Positions 1 through 10,753 of a DNA stretch of 64,000 nt are shown in pieces. The DNA comes from Stylophora pistillata (Eukaryota): NCBI RefSeq assembly GCF_002571385.2, contig NW_019218027.1, positions 345,820 to 409,819 of the forward strand, given 5' to 3'. A program made the translations under genes and the position numbers. Under the pieces are notes generated by a model, which was given only the letters and a program-made list of their open reading frames with translations, was not told where the DNA came from and made no database searches. The first letter of the stretch is position 1. Every line of letters starts with the position of its first letter.

Positions 1-364
1 GGGGGGCAGTGGCACAAGTGATTCACGGTCTGCGTATTATCGGTCAGTGTGTGCCGGGGGAGGATCTCTGAAACACGTTCTGACGCCATTAGGTACTTTT
101 AGGAAAACTTTTCAAGGAGTGTTTTTTTTTAATACTTTCAAACAATGATAAGGGCAGTTGTTTCTTAGTCTTTTAGATTTGCATTGTCGTATACATTACT
201 CGCATAAATTTCTGACAGTTGATAAAGTTTAAACGAACTTTTAATCTCTGTGACCTTGTCTTTTGCCACCCTTTTATTTACTTCGTTATAAAAATCGCAA
301 GTACGACGGTATATATCGAAGTTTTTCTGCATGATAAGATACAGGACTGTCAACTCAAACTAAC

Positions 365-646
365 CTGTATGGTGTCGAGCCTTTGGTGAGTTTTTTTTAT
401 AAGAGCCGTTACTAGAAGTGGAGCTTCCAAAGCACTTTGACTGTCTCGACGAAACCTTTGAACCTCCATGACTCTTTTGTGGATTTCGAAGGCAGTCCTT
501 TGTGCATCCAGACTTGGTTGAATTGTACCAAGTTTACCCTTACTGCGATCTTTTCTCATCAGAAATGGCTTCGGTAGATGAGGAATGTACTGTTCGTCAT
601 TCTCGAAGTTGATGTTGATGTTAATGACCGATTTTTCGTAAGCCAT
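365..646 (-). CDS. Possible coding exon of an unknown gene (MAYEKSV...DTIQ) continuing off the left edge
   Basis: 94 open codons from ATG 646, ending at a plausible donor CAG|GTTAGT; no recognisable motif. Confidence 0.25.
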
Positions 647-2795
647 TTTGAAGATCAAACTGTTTTCCTTTGGCGAAAATTACAGTGAGACTTTCTAGTA
701 TTGCACAGAATCAAAATGAACCTCAAGGGATTCACAGAGAAAGAATGCGTGAGACAGGCCATTATTTAAGCTCTAAAATGTCTTCACTCGACTTGTAGAA
801 GTATTAAACAAGCTCCTATGTAAATATTAGAATCAAACTTCAAAGTTTACCGAGCAAAGTGTTAATCAAACTTAAGTTAGTTTTCGGTCTGACAAGAATG
901 TTATTTACCCTCAAAGTCATATAATCAGTCGACTTAATATAAATGGAATACATGTTTACACGAATCGTTCGACTTACCCTCAAGCGTTGAAGATCTTTGT
1001 GGTTTCCATAGAGGTTTTTTATTCGATTTCACTGCAGTCAACAATCACAAAATCTAATATAACGATGTGCCTGTCGTTTACACTCGTCACAGCTCTCATG
1101 TTGTTTGTAATTTTCCTGATTTCACCTCTCAATTGCTCATAGCAACGCAAACGAACTTATACACCACGAATATAAAGGAATCCGCGATTTGGTAACGAAA
1201 TCACGTTTGAACCTCAATGGTTGATTGAAAAGCTTTGTCAGAGAGGTCAAGGGCTAACTCCACAGGCGAATAAACACTGTCTGTTTACTGTTGACTTTAG
1301 TTTTCATTACCGCAGCAATCTCAGAACCAATTCGTGGTGCGTAAACACAAAGGACAGTTTGGCGACTAAACTGCGTGGTAACAATACTACCGTCTGCGCA
1401 CCAAATCTCACGGGAAAAGTCTTCTTTACCGATCAAACAAAAATATAATGATTTTGTTAAGTATTCCCTTTGTTGAGCGATGTTTTGCGGGTAACTGAAA
1501 ACAAAAAACAAGTCAAGAATGCCGAGAGAACCTTCTGTGATATGAGCCAATTAAAATACTATTTATGTTAAATGTGGAATTAAAGTGGTTTAGACAACCA
1601 AGAATGCTTTCAGAAAAAAAACTTGTGATTCGTCATGAAGAGTAAAAACCATTAAAAATGGAACACGGAGTGAGTAACTGTGCTTGTTTCACTGGATTTT
1701 TTTTCGGCAATATGTTGACTGACACGTCTTTAAAATGATTTGTTTATTCTCTTGTTTAAGGCGTGTTAGCGCGTGACTTTTAGAATTCGATTTGTACGTC
1801 ATAAAAAGTGCAGCTTGAGGCACGCGTCGAAGTCGACTTCCAAACATTGAGTGGAACTGCAGAACATCTGAGAAGCTTTTTTAATTTTCTTATATTTGTG
1901 CTATGTCTTTCGCTTGTTATTCAATTGTTTTCTGGCGAGCGGATAAGATCTGAAGTGCTTCGTTTGCATACACGACCGAATTAAATTAAAATTGCTAAAT
2001 ACAAAAGGGGAATTGATAATGACCTTGCTTAGTTATTCAATTTATCCTTCCCTCAGGTCACCCCTGAACAATTTCCTCTGTTCTTTTGTTCTGCAAAATA
2101 TTACCGAACGAGACACATTTTGATCTATGGAAACGAAGTTCGCTGATAAAAATAAAAAAGTTGCTGAAGAAAAAGGAAGTCGATGTCAATCTTAGGTCAC
2201 TCTACGAGGCTGCGCTAATTAATTAAAAAAAATCTGCGTTTCTTTGCTTTGCTTTAACTTAAAATAAGTAGGCTCCACCACTGAAAAGATTGCGCGGTTA
2301 TGGTCGGGGTGAAAAGCAGACCAATCGATGCCTACTTGTTTTTCTCAGCTCCATCACTGATGACGTAGAGAATAAAAGAGTCACTTGGGGGTTCTCTCAT
2401 ATAAGTAGCCAGGACTGGAGACATCAAGCCGCCTAAAAGGCAAAGAACCGCCAGCTACATTGGCCATTTGATAAGGGACAGGCATAGTTAGTAGAGGGGA
2501 CTGGGGACAGGCATACATTTCTCTGTGCATCCGGTGTCTTACTACTGTTAGATTAAATACATGTGTTTGAAATGTGCAATTGTCATATCTGTGTTGTTGA
2601 CTTTCGTTTCGTAAGGAAAATGACGCATTTTTAGCAGCTTAAAATCGAAGTGGAATTAAATTCTTGCGGCTGAGATTCGCAATTTTCAATGATGTAAGGG
2701 AGAGGAATTTTTTCAATGGCATGTTTAGTATATTGGATTTACGAGCCTTTCTCAAAATCTCTGCCAATCGTCAAGATAAAAGTTTTAATCAGTGA

Positions 2796-4865
2796 TTAAA
2801 AGTAAATTGGTGAGAGTGTACCAAGGCCTTCTATTGAAACCACACAAAAGATTTCAGCCAGATGCATCACTAGCTCATTAACGTCGGTCGAACAAACAAG
2901 CAGCGCCCCTCCGGATCCGTAAGGATGACTGTCAGCAAACAGGAGGGGACCGTCTTTGAAGAAGAGAAAGACCCCCGATCTGGAATCTTTGATGAAGATT
3001 GCTGCTAGTCTTTCGTTAAATTTCCGTAATCTTGCGAGCTGATAGCAAACTGTTGCTGTCTCCGTTTCCGAGACAAAACTGACAGGAAGAGAGGAGCCGA
3101 GGTTTTTAATTTGAAGCGTGTCTCCAAATTCTTCAGCTACCTCCTCCACCGACAAATAAACAGCGCCATGTTTCTTCAAGTTGACTAACATATCATAAAG
3201 TCTATTGCCCTCAGCGATGCAACTGTTGTATAAGTTTATCCAGCTTTCGCCAAGGACGTCTGCCTCTGGGAGATCAAGATCACCAGAGCAAAATGCCTTC
3301 GCTATCAACACAGCAATCACGGTGCAAGCATTACTGCCATTTCTACCAACGTAATAGGACTGGCATATTTCTCGCGGAAAATGGTAGAAGCTTACTGAAG
3401 TGTCTCGAACTCTTTCACACCTCACAACCAAGTTATATTCTTGAGTTTGTGAAGGACAGTCAAGTTTTGACTCCCTAGCTTTCAAGATTTCACCTGAACC
3501 TGCAAAAGTCCCATTTGGATTACTTTCAATGATGTAGTTTTTGTGATCTATGTGAGGAGAAAATGTATTTTTGTTCTCCATCTTACGACCTGCTTTTGGC
3601 GTTGATCGTAAATAGCCTGAGCTCCCTTGCGACTGAATATGCGGGTCAAGTGTGACTATAGCATAGATCATGAAAGAAATGTACAATAACAAAGGCATAC
3701 AGCTTGTCACTATGGTAACTATCTGAGCTGGTTTCCAGTGCGCCTGCAGTCCAACGAGCGAAGATTCACCATTCTGAGAAAACTGATTTATTATTGGTCC
3801 GTACCAGTTTGTGAGTGTTTCCAGCGTGTACATGGATCCAGTGGACATTAGAAAATGAAAAGCTGAGTAACTGTAAGGCAGATTCTCTTCCTTGTCAGAT
3901 TTGTTTTCAATCGTTTCATTCTCAATATTTGTGCCTCTCAGAAGTCCAAGTGTGAAAGACTCTCTTCTTAAACATGCATAAAAGAATGCTGTGTGCATAA
4001 GAGACAAAGCTATGATAGTTTTAAAATGTACTCTAGTCGAGTTTTTCTGTCTCGAGAGAAATGTTCCTTCAAGATTGCATCCGCGACCTTCCTGTAGAGT
4101 AACTGCTAATACCATGACAAAGACCGAGTGAAATATTACTACTGCGCATGGCAGAATTATAGCTTCTGTTTGAATGTTATTTCTTATTCGAGGATGCAAT
4201 GAAATGCCAAAGGATATGAAACTTGCTCCAAGGATTGGCACCATGAAGATGTCATTCCATATACAGTTTTGTGTTGATGTTTTTACAAGGATGAACGCAA
4301 CAGTACCAAGGCTGATTGCTAATAAGAAGTAGGAGTTACAAATTAACAGGAATTGCATAACTTTGAAAGATGTTGTGCACTTGGATCCCTTTTCTTGCTG
4401 TATTGTGACCCAGGCGCCCAAGGCCTCTGCAAGATCTACCCACAGAAAAAACTGACACACGATGAATAGACAGCCGCCGATTAACGCAATATACGAAAAA
4501 TAAACAATAAAGTAACTGTGTTGAGGTATGTAGAAAGCGCCTATGCAAATACCAGCGAGAGACAGAAGCTTGAAAACCCAGCACTGATTATGCAGACGTT
4601 CACGAATTGCCGGGAAGTTTGGTAGAAGAGTGAAAGCGAGAACGAAATGATACGTCGTGATAATTAGAAACAGTCGATAAAGAATCTGGCAGGTTAACAC
4701 TTCCCGACAAGTTTTTTCATCCATTATCTTCTGGCATGTAAACAAGCTCTTGATCATTGTCGTTTCCAACAACTTCTCGTTGATGCCTGGTGCTGAAACG
4801 ATGACTGTTGCCAAAGTCCACAGACACAAAAAACACTCATAAACGAGACAAATTTTGACGGACAT
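2796..4865 (-). CDS. Intronless serine incorporator (SERINC/TDE)-like membrane protein fused to a C-terminal papain-fold protease resembling herpesviral tegument-like (VTD/C76) deubiquitinases, 689 aa
   Basis: First in-frame ATG is at 4865 (TAA at 4890-4892 upstream). About 10 hydrophobic helices with SERINC motifs (LYRLF, RERLHNQCWVFKL, GAFYIP, PYSYSAFHF...TLTNWY). C-terminal ~200 aa has CQS...GSNAC (Cys514), GNRLYD and FADSH (Asp645/His647). Confidence 0.8.
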   Translation of the reverse strand: MSVKICLVYECFLCLWTLATVIVSAPGINEKLLETTMIKSLFTCQKIMDEKTCREVLTCQILYRLFLIITTYHFVLAFTLLPNFPAIRERLHNQCWVFKLLSLAGICIGAFYIPQHSYFIVYFSYIALIGGCLFIVCQFFLWVDLAEALGAWVTIQQEKGSKCTTSFKVMQFLLICNSYFLLAISLGTVAFILVKTSTQNCIWNDIFMVPILGASFISFGISLHPRIRNNIQTEAIILPCAVVIFHSVFVMVLAVTLQEGRGCNLEGTFLSRQKNSTRVHFKTIIALSLMHTAFFYACLRRESFTLGLLRGTNIENETIENKSDKEENLPYSYSAFHFLMSTGSMYTLETLTNWYGPIINQFSQNGESSLVGLQAHWKPAQIVTIVTSCMPLLLYISFMIYAIVTLDPHIQSQGSSGYLRSTPKAGRKMENKNTFSPHIDHKNYIIESNPNGTFAGSGEILKARESKLDCPSQTQEYNLVVRCERVRDTSVSFYHFPREICQSYYVGRNGSNACTVIAVLIAKAFCSGDLDLPEADVLGESWINLYNSCIAEGNRLYDMLVNLKKHGAVYLSVEEVAEEFGDTLQIKNLGSSLPVSFVSETETATVCYQLARLRKFNERLAAIFIKDSRSGVFLFFKDGPLLFADSHPYGSGGALLVCSTDVNELVMHLAEIFCVVSIEGLGTLSPIYF

Positions 4866-5139
4866 TTTTATAGAACCGTCCGTGTACACTTAATTTTGCG
4901 AAGAGAATTGGTGGGACTTTGTTTAGAAGTGACAGTCTGTCAACTCAATTCACTGTTCTCACTTACTGGTTATGTCGTAATCTTCCGCAAAAGTCCCTGG
5001 AGCAGTGATAAAGATTTCGCTGTCTACCATTTTAAACCATAAATAACCAGACAGAAATTTGGCGCGCGAAAAACCTGAGTGTATTGAAGTGGAAAGTATA
5101 CCCGCTGTTCATGACATTGTCAGGCGATTGTTTGCGGGA

Positions 5140-5150
5140 GAAACCGAAAT
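5140..5150. promoter_or_regulatory. ISRE/IRF-like motif GAAACCGAAAT upstream of the SERINC fusion gene
   Basis: Matches GAAANNGAAA, ~275 bp 5' of the ATG on the gene's strand. Confidence 0.35.
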
Positions 5151-5154
5151 ATAA

Positions 5155-5520
5155 GGGACTTTAAGCAAACCACGACGGCTACGGCAACGAGAACGTGGAA
5201 AAACAATAGATTAAATTGGCAGAACAATAGCCCAGCACGTGCGTTTTAAAACTTTGTACATTTCTTAGCCGTCTTTTACAGAACAACAACGTGAAATCAC
5301 CAGAATTTGCGTCGTCTGCGAAGCTAAAGCGCAGCGGCAAATTATTTTAATTTACATTTGGATCTCAACGCTACTTTTATGCGTTATGTTTAGTTTGAGG
5401 TCTGGCACCCTATGAGACGGTAAACACACGAAGCCATTTTCGAAATTCTAACTAAATGTAGAAACTCTATTTTTAATCGACGTCTTCCGTGGCGTTGCCG
5501 TACTGACTGCTTAAAGTCCC
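5155..5520. mobile_element. MITE, PIF/Harbinger-like
   Basis: Terminal inverted repeats GGGACTTTAAGCA...TGCTTAAAGTCCC with TAA/TAT flanks; no coding capacity. Confidence 0.75.
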
Positions 5521-6559
5521 TATTACTGTTATCTTCAGTTGAGACAATGTTTGGCAAATTTCGTGCTATATTATTAAAACAAATTGCAACATGTTTAAAA
5601 ATAAAATACAGCAGGAGCATCACAAAATTTGGTTGTAAAAAGAAAAAAAAAATGACAAGTACTATTTAAACTTTGATAATTCTATATTAGTTTCCTACTC
5701 CACAGCTTAAAGGCTATTATAGCTTCTCAAAGGCTACATGCGCGCAAAGCAAGAGTGTTTCTCTACTTTGAAAGTTGCTAAAAAAGTGCGCTCCAGGAAC
5801 TATAAACAATTTCCTTATCCCAGAAGACTAGAGTGTCTAACCATTTGCAGATATCATAGCAAAGGTAGCACAGTCTCCTCAGTTATTTTAGGACCCTGAG
5901 TGTTGGTCCGGTCAGTGTGGCTTGGGCCAAACTTTTCGAGAGAAGAGCTTAATTTGTGTTTGGACCAAATCAAGTTTAGAAAAATACGCGTGTTGAATCA
6001 CAGACCGTACTTAACTACTCGTTCTAAGAAAACTACTACAAATTACGCTATAACAATCTATGTATCTGACTGAAAAAATGAAAACTTGTGCGAATGAATC
6101 AAAACCATTACTGGGGCGCCATTCCCGGCTAAACCGTGCCGAGCCGCTCCAAACTGAAGACGCCGTTTTAAGTTGACTCAGACGTCGAACTTCTCGTGTA
6201 TTAACACAGCGCTCAACGAGCTGCCATGTTTGTGTTGCGCAACCGGCGAATATAAAGATTTCTATGAGAATAAACAATCGTAATTTTAGCCGTGACTAGT
6301 TTTGAATAGAAGCAAACATACCCCACTTCTGAATTTGTTCCTTTGCATACTGTGAATCTTCTGGGCCGATTTAGGGCCGTTTGGCTCGATTTACGTTCAT
6401 TTGCTTTGCCTTCTATATAGGATCACATGCAGGGCAAAAAATAAATAGTGAAACTCAGCTAAACACCCTTAAATCAGCCCAGAAAACTCACAAAATGTGA
6501 AGGAACAAACAACTCCAAAATCAAGGTAAGTTTCCTTTAATTCATAAGTAAATCAGAAG

Positions 6560-7158
6560 TACCTTATTATAGGAAATTAACAATGTACGATGACAACGCG
6601 AAGAAAATTTACGTTCCACTAAACGAACGCGAATTTTTCAAAAGTTAGGTTTACATGCATTAAATTACGCGAATTTTTCGATAAGCATCTCGCTTTTTTT
6701 ACTGCGATTTTCATAATTCTGCAAACTCGCACTTTACATTTCTGAACGCTAAACTGCGTTTTGGCCTATGTCAATAAAACCTTCCAAGACAAGTCCACGG
6801 ATGTTTCTAAGTTTCTGTGAATTCCGAAAATTTGGTTTAGAAGCTTAACTAGACCCTATCAATTCAAAAGATCTTTCAAAGCCTCCGCGAAATCACTAAG
6901 AGCAGCTCACCCGTTTGACTGACAGAAACCAAACCGCAGTTTGTTGCAGATACACAAAATTTCAACGTACACATGTGTCATGGAAAAAAAAAGCATTTAC
7001 AGTAGTTAGCTCTTAGGAAATAAAGGTGCTTTAAATAACAATGTTGTAAAATAGCGTGCATTAAATTTACATCGACATTAACTAACATACATTAAATTAA
7101 CCCGAACTTTGTAAAATCGCGTTGATAAAGTGCATTGTTAATTTCCTATAATAAGGTA
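6560..7158. mobile_element. MITE with 26-bp perfect terminal inverted repeats
   Basis: TACCTTATTATAGGAAATTAACAATG at 6560-6585 and its reverse complement at 7133-7158. Confidence 0.7.
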
Positions 7159-7271
7159 GTTCAGATTTTTTAGGCTAAAACGCGAACAAACAAATCCTTA
7201 CGTTTCGCCGACTGTGCAACGTAAAAATATTGGCATTTTCATGAGGGGGCGAACTTGGGCCACATGTGCTA

Positions 7272-10200
7272 TCAAGGGTCTTGTTCCACAAGGATAAACG
7301 TGTTTGGCTCATCGACTTTCTGCTCTAAGGAAAAGAGACGGTCTCCATTACTGAGTCTTCGTTTCTCGGTGGTACCATCATTGTTTCGTACAACGAAGCT
7401 GAAACGATAAAACAATACAAATGCCCTTAATTTCCACAAGAGATATTTGCAGTCAATTTTGAGGGATCACAAATATACCATAGACAAAGGCAAGTGTTTC
7501 ATAAGAGATTCCAAGAAATTGATGCCATTAATAATAGCATGCGTTATCTAATTACTTTCACACATCACGATACTTTCTAAAAACGCTCAAAAAGTGCAAA
7601 AGAGAAAATCTGATTATTCCACTGTTCTGGTATCGAGAACACTCAGGACATGTGCCTATGCCATAAAACTTACCTTTTCCTACCGTCTTTTAATTCAATG
7701 TATTTAATTGCCTTAATTGGCAAGTTGAATTTACAAGTCACCTAGAAATCCAAAGAAAAGATTATGCTGAGTTGCAAATACATCATGACTTAAATGGAGA
7801 GGTGAGTCACCACATATCCTTTTGATCGAGAAAAAATGGAAAAATAGATTAAAAGGGTTCCCATGATGATCACTGTATAACTTAATTAAGCTACATGTTT
7901 GAGGTGGGATAAATTCTAGTGGACCCAGTAAAATTTCTTTCCCTCAATATATTGGGCTTCATAGCTCAGTTGGTACAATGCCCAAATAATATTTTGGGGG
8001 CGGGGCTCAAGAGCTTCACAAGAATTTTTCAGGCCTCTCTGCCTGAAATTTTTTATAACAATGTAATTATATTGAAGGTGTGCAATAATAATGATAATAA
8101 TGAAATCGATGCAATTCCTTAGTAGCAAAGTCACCAACCTAAGACTTTGTTACACAACATACCTCCTCAAAGATTTTGGTGGTTTTAAGTTCATCTGTTT
8201 CCAGTGCAATGTAAGAATCGCCATTTTCACTTTTGACGAAGATGCAATTTTCTGGTGAAGAAAAAATCATTTTTCTAAAGTGAAAACTAATTCCTCATGG
8301 AGCAAGTAAATTCATGGAAAATGATAAAATTAAATGCCAATAAACAGATCATTTTTATACAGGTGAAAATTCTATAAATATACAATTGAAAGTATAGAAG
8401 GAGTTTTTGAGTCTGAGAGCATATCCATGATATCAAAGGTGGCCTCATATATGGATAGTCTAATGTGTATTATTTGATACAACGCTTAATGGTGGATCAA
8501 TGTCAATTGATAGTTAATCAGTAATGGTCAACAATGAACCTGACAGCTGACTAAACATCATCCAACAGTTGGCTGACAACTCCACCACAAACTAAGCCTG
8601 AAACTAGAATATCTGCCAACTATATGCAGTCAAGGGTTGGTAATGTTAACCATCATGTGGTCATCATACAAATATCAGCTAACAACAAAATATTATGCAC
8701 TCTTGGGAAAGCATCAAATGTACTTTTCCTTTTTTTTATCAAGTAATGATATACTTTCAAATGTACCTTTAAGTGCTTCATCTTGTTCCATGTGCTCTAC
8801 TCCAGCACTCTGCTGATCAAGATCAAAGTGAAAGACTTATAAACTTTATAATGTCATTGTTGAATAAGTTGGAAACATGAGTAAAGGCAACTAAGGAGAC
8901 AGTTTTGGTGTATATATAAAATTGAACAAAAATTGCCATTTATCAATTTACCCCTTTGAAGCCATAAATTTTGATAATTCAGTAACTACTTTTGAAATAA
9001 ATGACCATTTATTTATTAACTACAGTTAATCACTATTTAAAGGGAATAACTATTATTAACTACTAATTAGTGACAATAATGTAAGAGTCCATAAAATCTT
9101 CAAGAAGTTCACTTAAAAACAGGCATTGAATCAATAGCTTTAAGAAAACTATGCATCAAGTTCCATCTATTGACTATTCTGTAATAAAAGGTTCTCTGTC
9201 CGCTAGTGGACTTGAAATATGGAATGGTCACCTTTTGTGAATTCCTGGAGGTATGCCCGCTTATTTCTTTTCATGTGATGAACTGAGATGACAGATACTC
9301 TGGCATACACCCTGTCAGGCACTTAAAGGCCATGATCAGGGCTTGACACTAAATTTTCAACTTACTAGCCAAGTGGCTAGTCACATCTTAGATGTTTTTA
9401 GATGTTACAACAATTTCAGTCTGTTTACTAGCCAAACTGGCTAGTAGAAATTGAAGTTTTACTAATCTGTGGCTAGTGGGCTACCGTTAGTGTCCAGCCC
9501 TGCTGTTCATAAATATAGCTGGGTTGCTACTGACATTATGTCATGCAAGTCATGCAACAAGGTGAAACAATGAAAAATGTATGAGCCTTCAGGTAAAATG
9601 AATTGAATACACAATGTAATTTGAGCCAATTTGTTTTAGATGAAAATCAGGACCAAGACTTAGAAGACTATGCATGTAATGTGACAACTGTGCTGTTAAC
9701 ATATTGACTTATTTTCTCTACTTCTAGTTTTATAGCACTAGTGCTGGTTCTTTGAATATTGAAAGAAACAATGACAAAAATTCTCAATTTTTTCTCTCAA
9801 AAGTTTCTGCAAAAATCTTTCAATACCTCAAACTCTTCCTGACAGAATCTCCATTTTTTTTTCATTTCACTACTGTTTGATCTAGTTTGAATTAAGATGC
9901 ATGGAAAACAGAACAAGTTTCATTTATAATCATCATGAAGCCCCAAAGTTTCGCAAAATCTTCTAATTCACTCAAAAGTCTGGAAAACAATCTTGCTCCT
10001 GTGTCTTATGTTCTAACCTAAAGGACCTGAAACCTTGTCAACTTTTTTTTTTTGATTGTCACTTTTTTTTAGTGATAATAATATACTTAAACTGCACTGT
10101 CATCTATTCAACCTGTTACTCTATGTTCCTATATGATTATCTGCAGTTAAAAAATGCATTAGGTTATGAATTTCAACTGCTGAATAATAACATGATTACC

Positions 10201-10753
10201 ACATACGTACCATTTCTTTTGCAATCAAGGAACCCTTTGGGGTCTTCCCTTTCCTCTCTCCTAATGGCACAATTTCAAGATTAAAAGAAAAACATTTAAT
10301 TATCAAAAAAAGCAATCTTTTTAATTAGACATTGAATGACTTTTAGTGTATGACTGTAAGTGTAACTGCAGTGCCGGAACTGGCTTTAGCAAGAGCAAAG
10401 GTGTTAAAACAAAATTATCCTGATGGAGCATAAGATTCCTCAGCAACCACTTTGAGTAAAATGTCAAACTTGATGCATGTGTTGTCAAAAATTTTGAAAT
10501 AACAACTTATCAAATAACATATGGCATAAGATTGTGATTAAGGTTATCATTTAAGTATTAAGTTGAACAAATTATTAAAATGTTTGTACAAACCGGAAAA
10601 AAGTAACTTCCTCCTTTCATTTCCACCTGATAAAAAGGTGGGTGTCTCTGTAATATTCCTTCCTATTTTTTTCCCTCTAGTCCTTCTCAGATTTTCCTTA
10701 TTCACTTTGGATTTTGGTGTGGTCATCTTTTTGTTCACTTCATAAGTGGACAT
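7272..10753 (-). CDS. Small spliced gene (~170 aa) with a C-terminal domain resembling the Grainyhead/CP2 C-terminal ubiquitin-like domain
   Basis: Phase-consistent GT-AG exons 10753-10594 (tentative), 8835-8767, 8251-8163, 7741-7674, 7398-7272 give an open frame ending ...ENCIFVKSENGDSYIALETDELKTTKIFEEVTCKFNLPIKAIKYIELKDGRKSFVVRNNDGTTEKRRLSNGDRLFSLEQKVDEPNTFILVEQDP*. The 5' structure is uncertain. Confidence 0.55.
9109..9336 (-). mobile_element. LINE (CR1/L2-like) ORF2 3' remnant
   Basis: Translates to MAFKCLTGCMPEYLSSQF*...RNSQKVTIP...GQRTFYYRIVNRWN, typical of a LINE ORF2 C-terminus, with a stop. Confidence 0.65.
9337..9502. mobile_element. hAT-like MITE
   Basis: TIRs CAGGGCTTGACACTAA / TTAGTGTCCAGCCCTG (1 mismatch); internal CTAGCC/GGCTAG repeats; no clear TSD. 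Confidence 0.6.

Noticed and set aside
1221-1550. Overlapping short ORFs on both strands
   Set aside because: No recognisable motif or convincing exon chain
7900-8050. tRNA-like sequence (also ~32440-32500 and ~32610-32720)
   Set aside because: Only partial A/B boxes and no cloverleaf; decayed tRNA-derived repeats rather than genes
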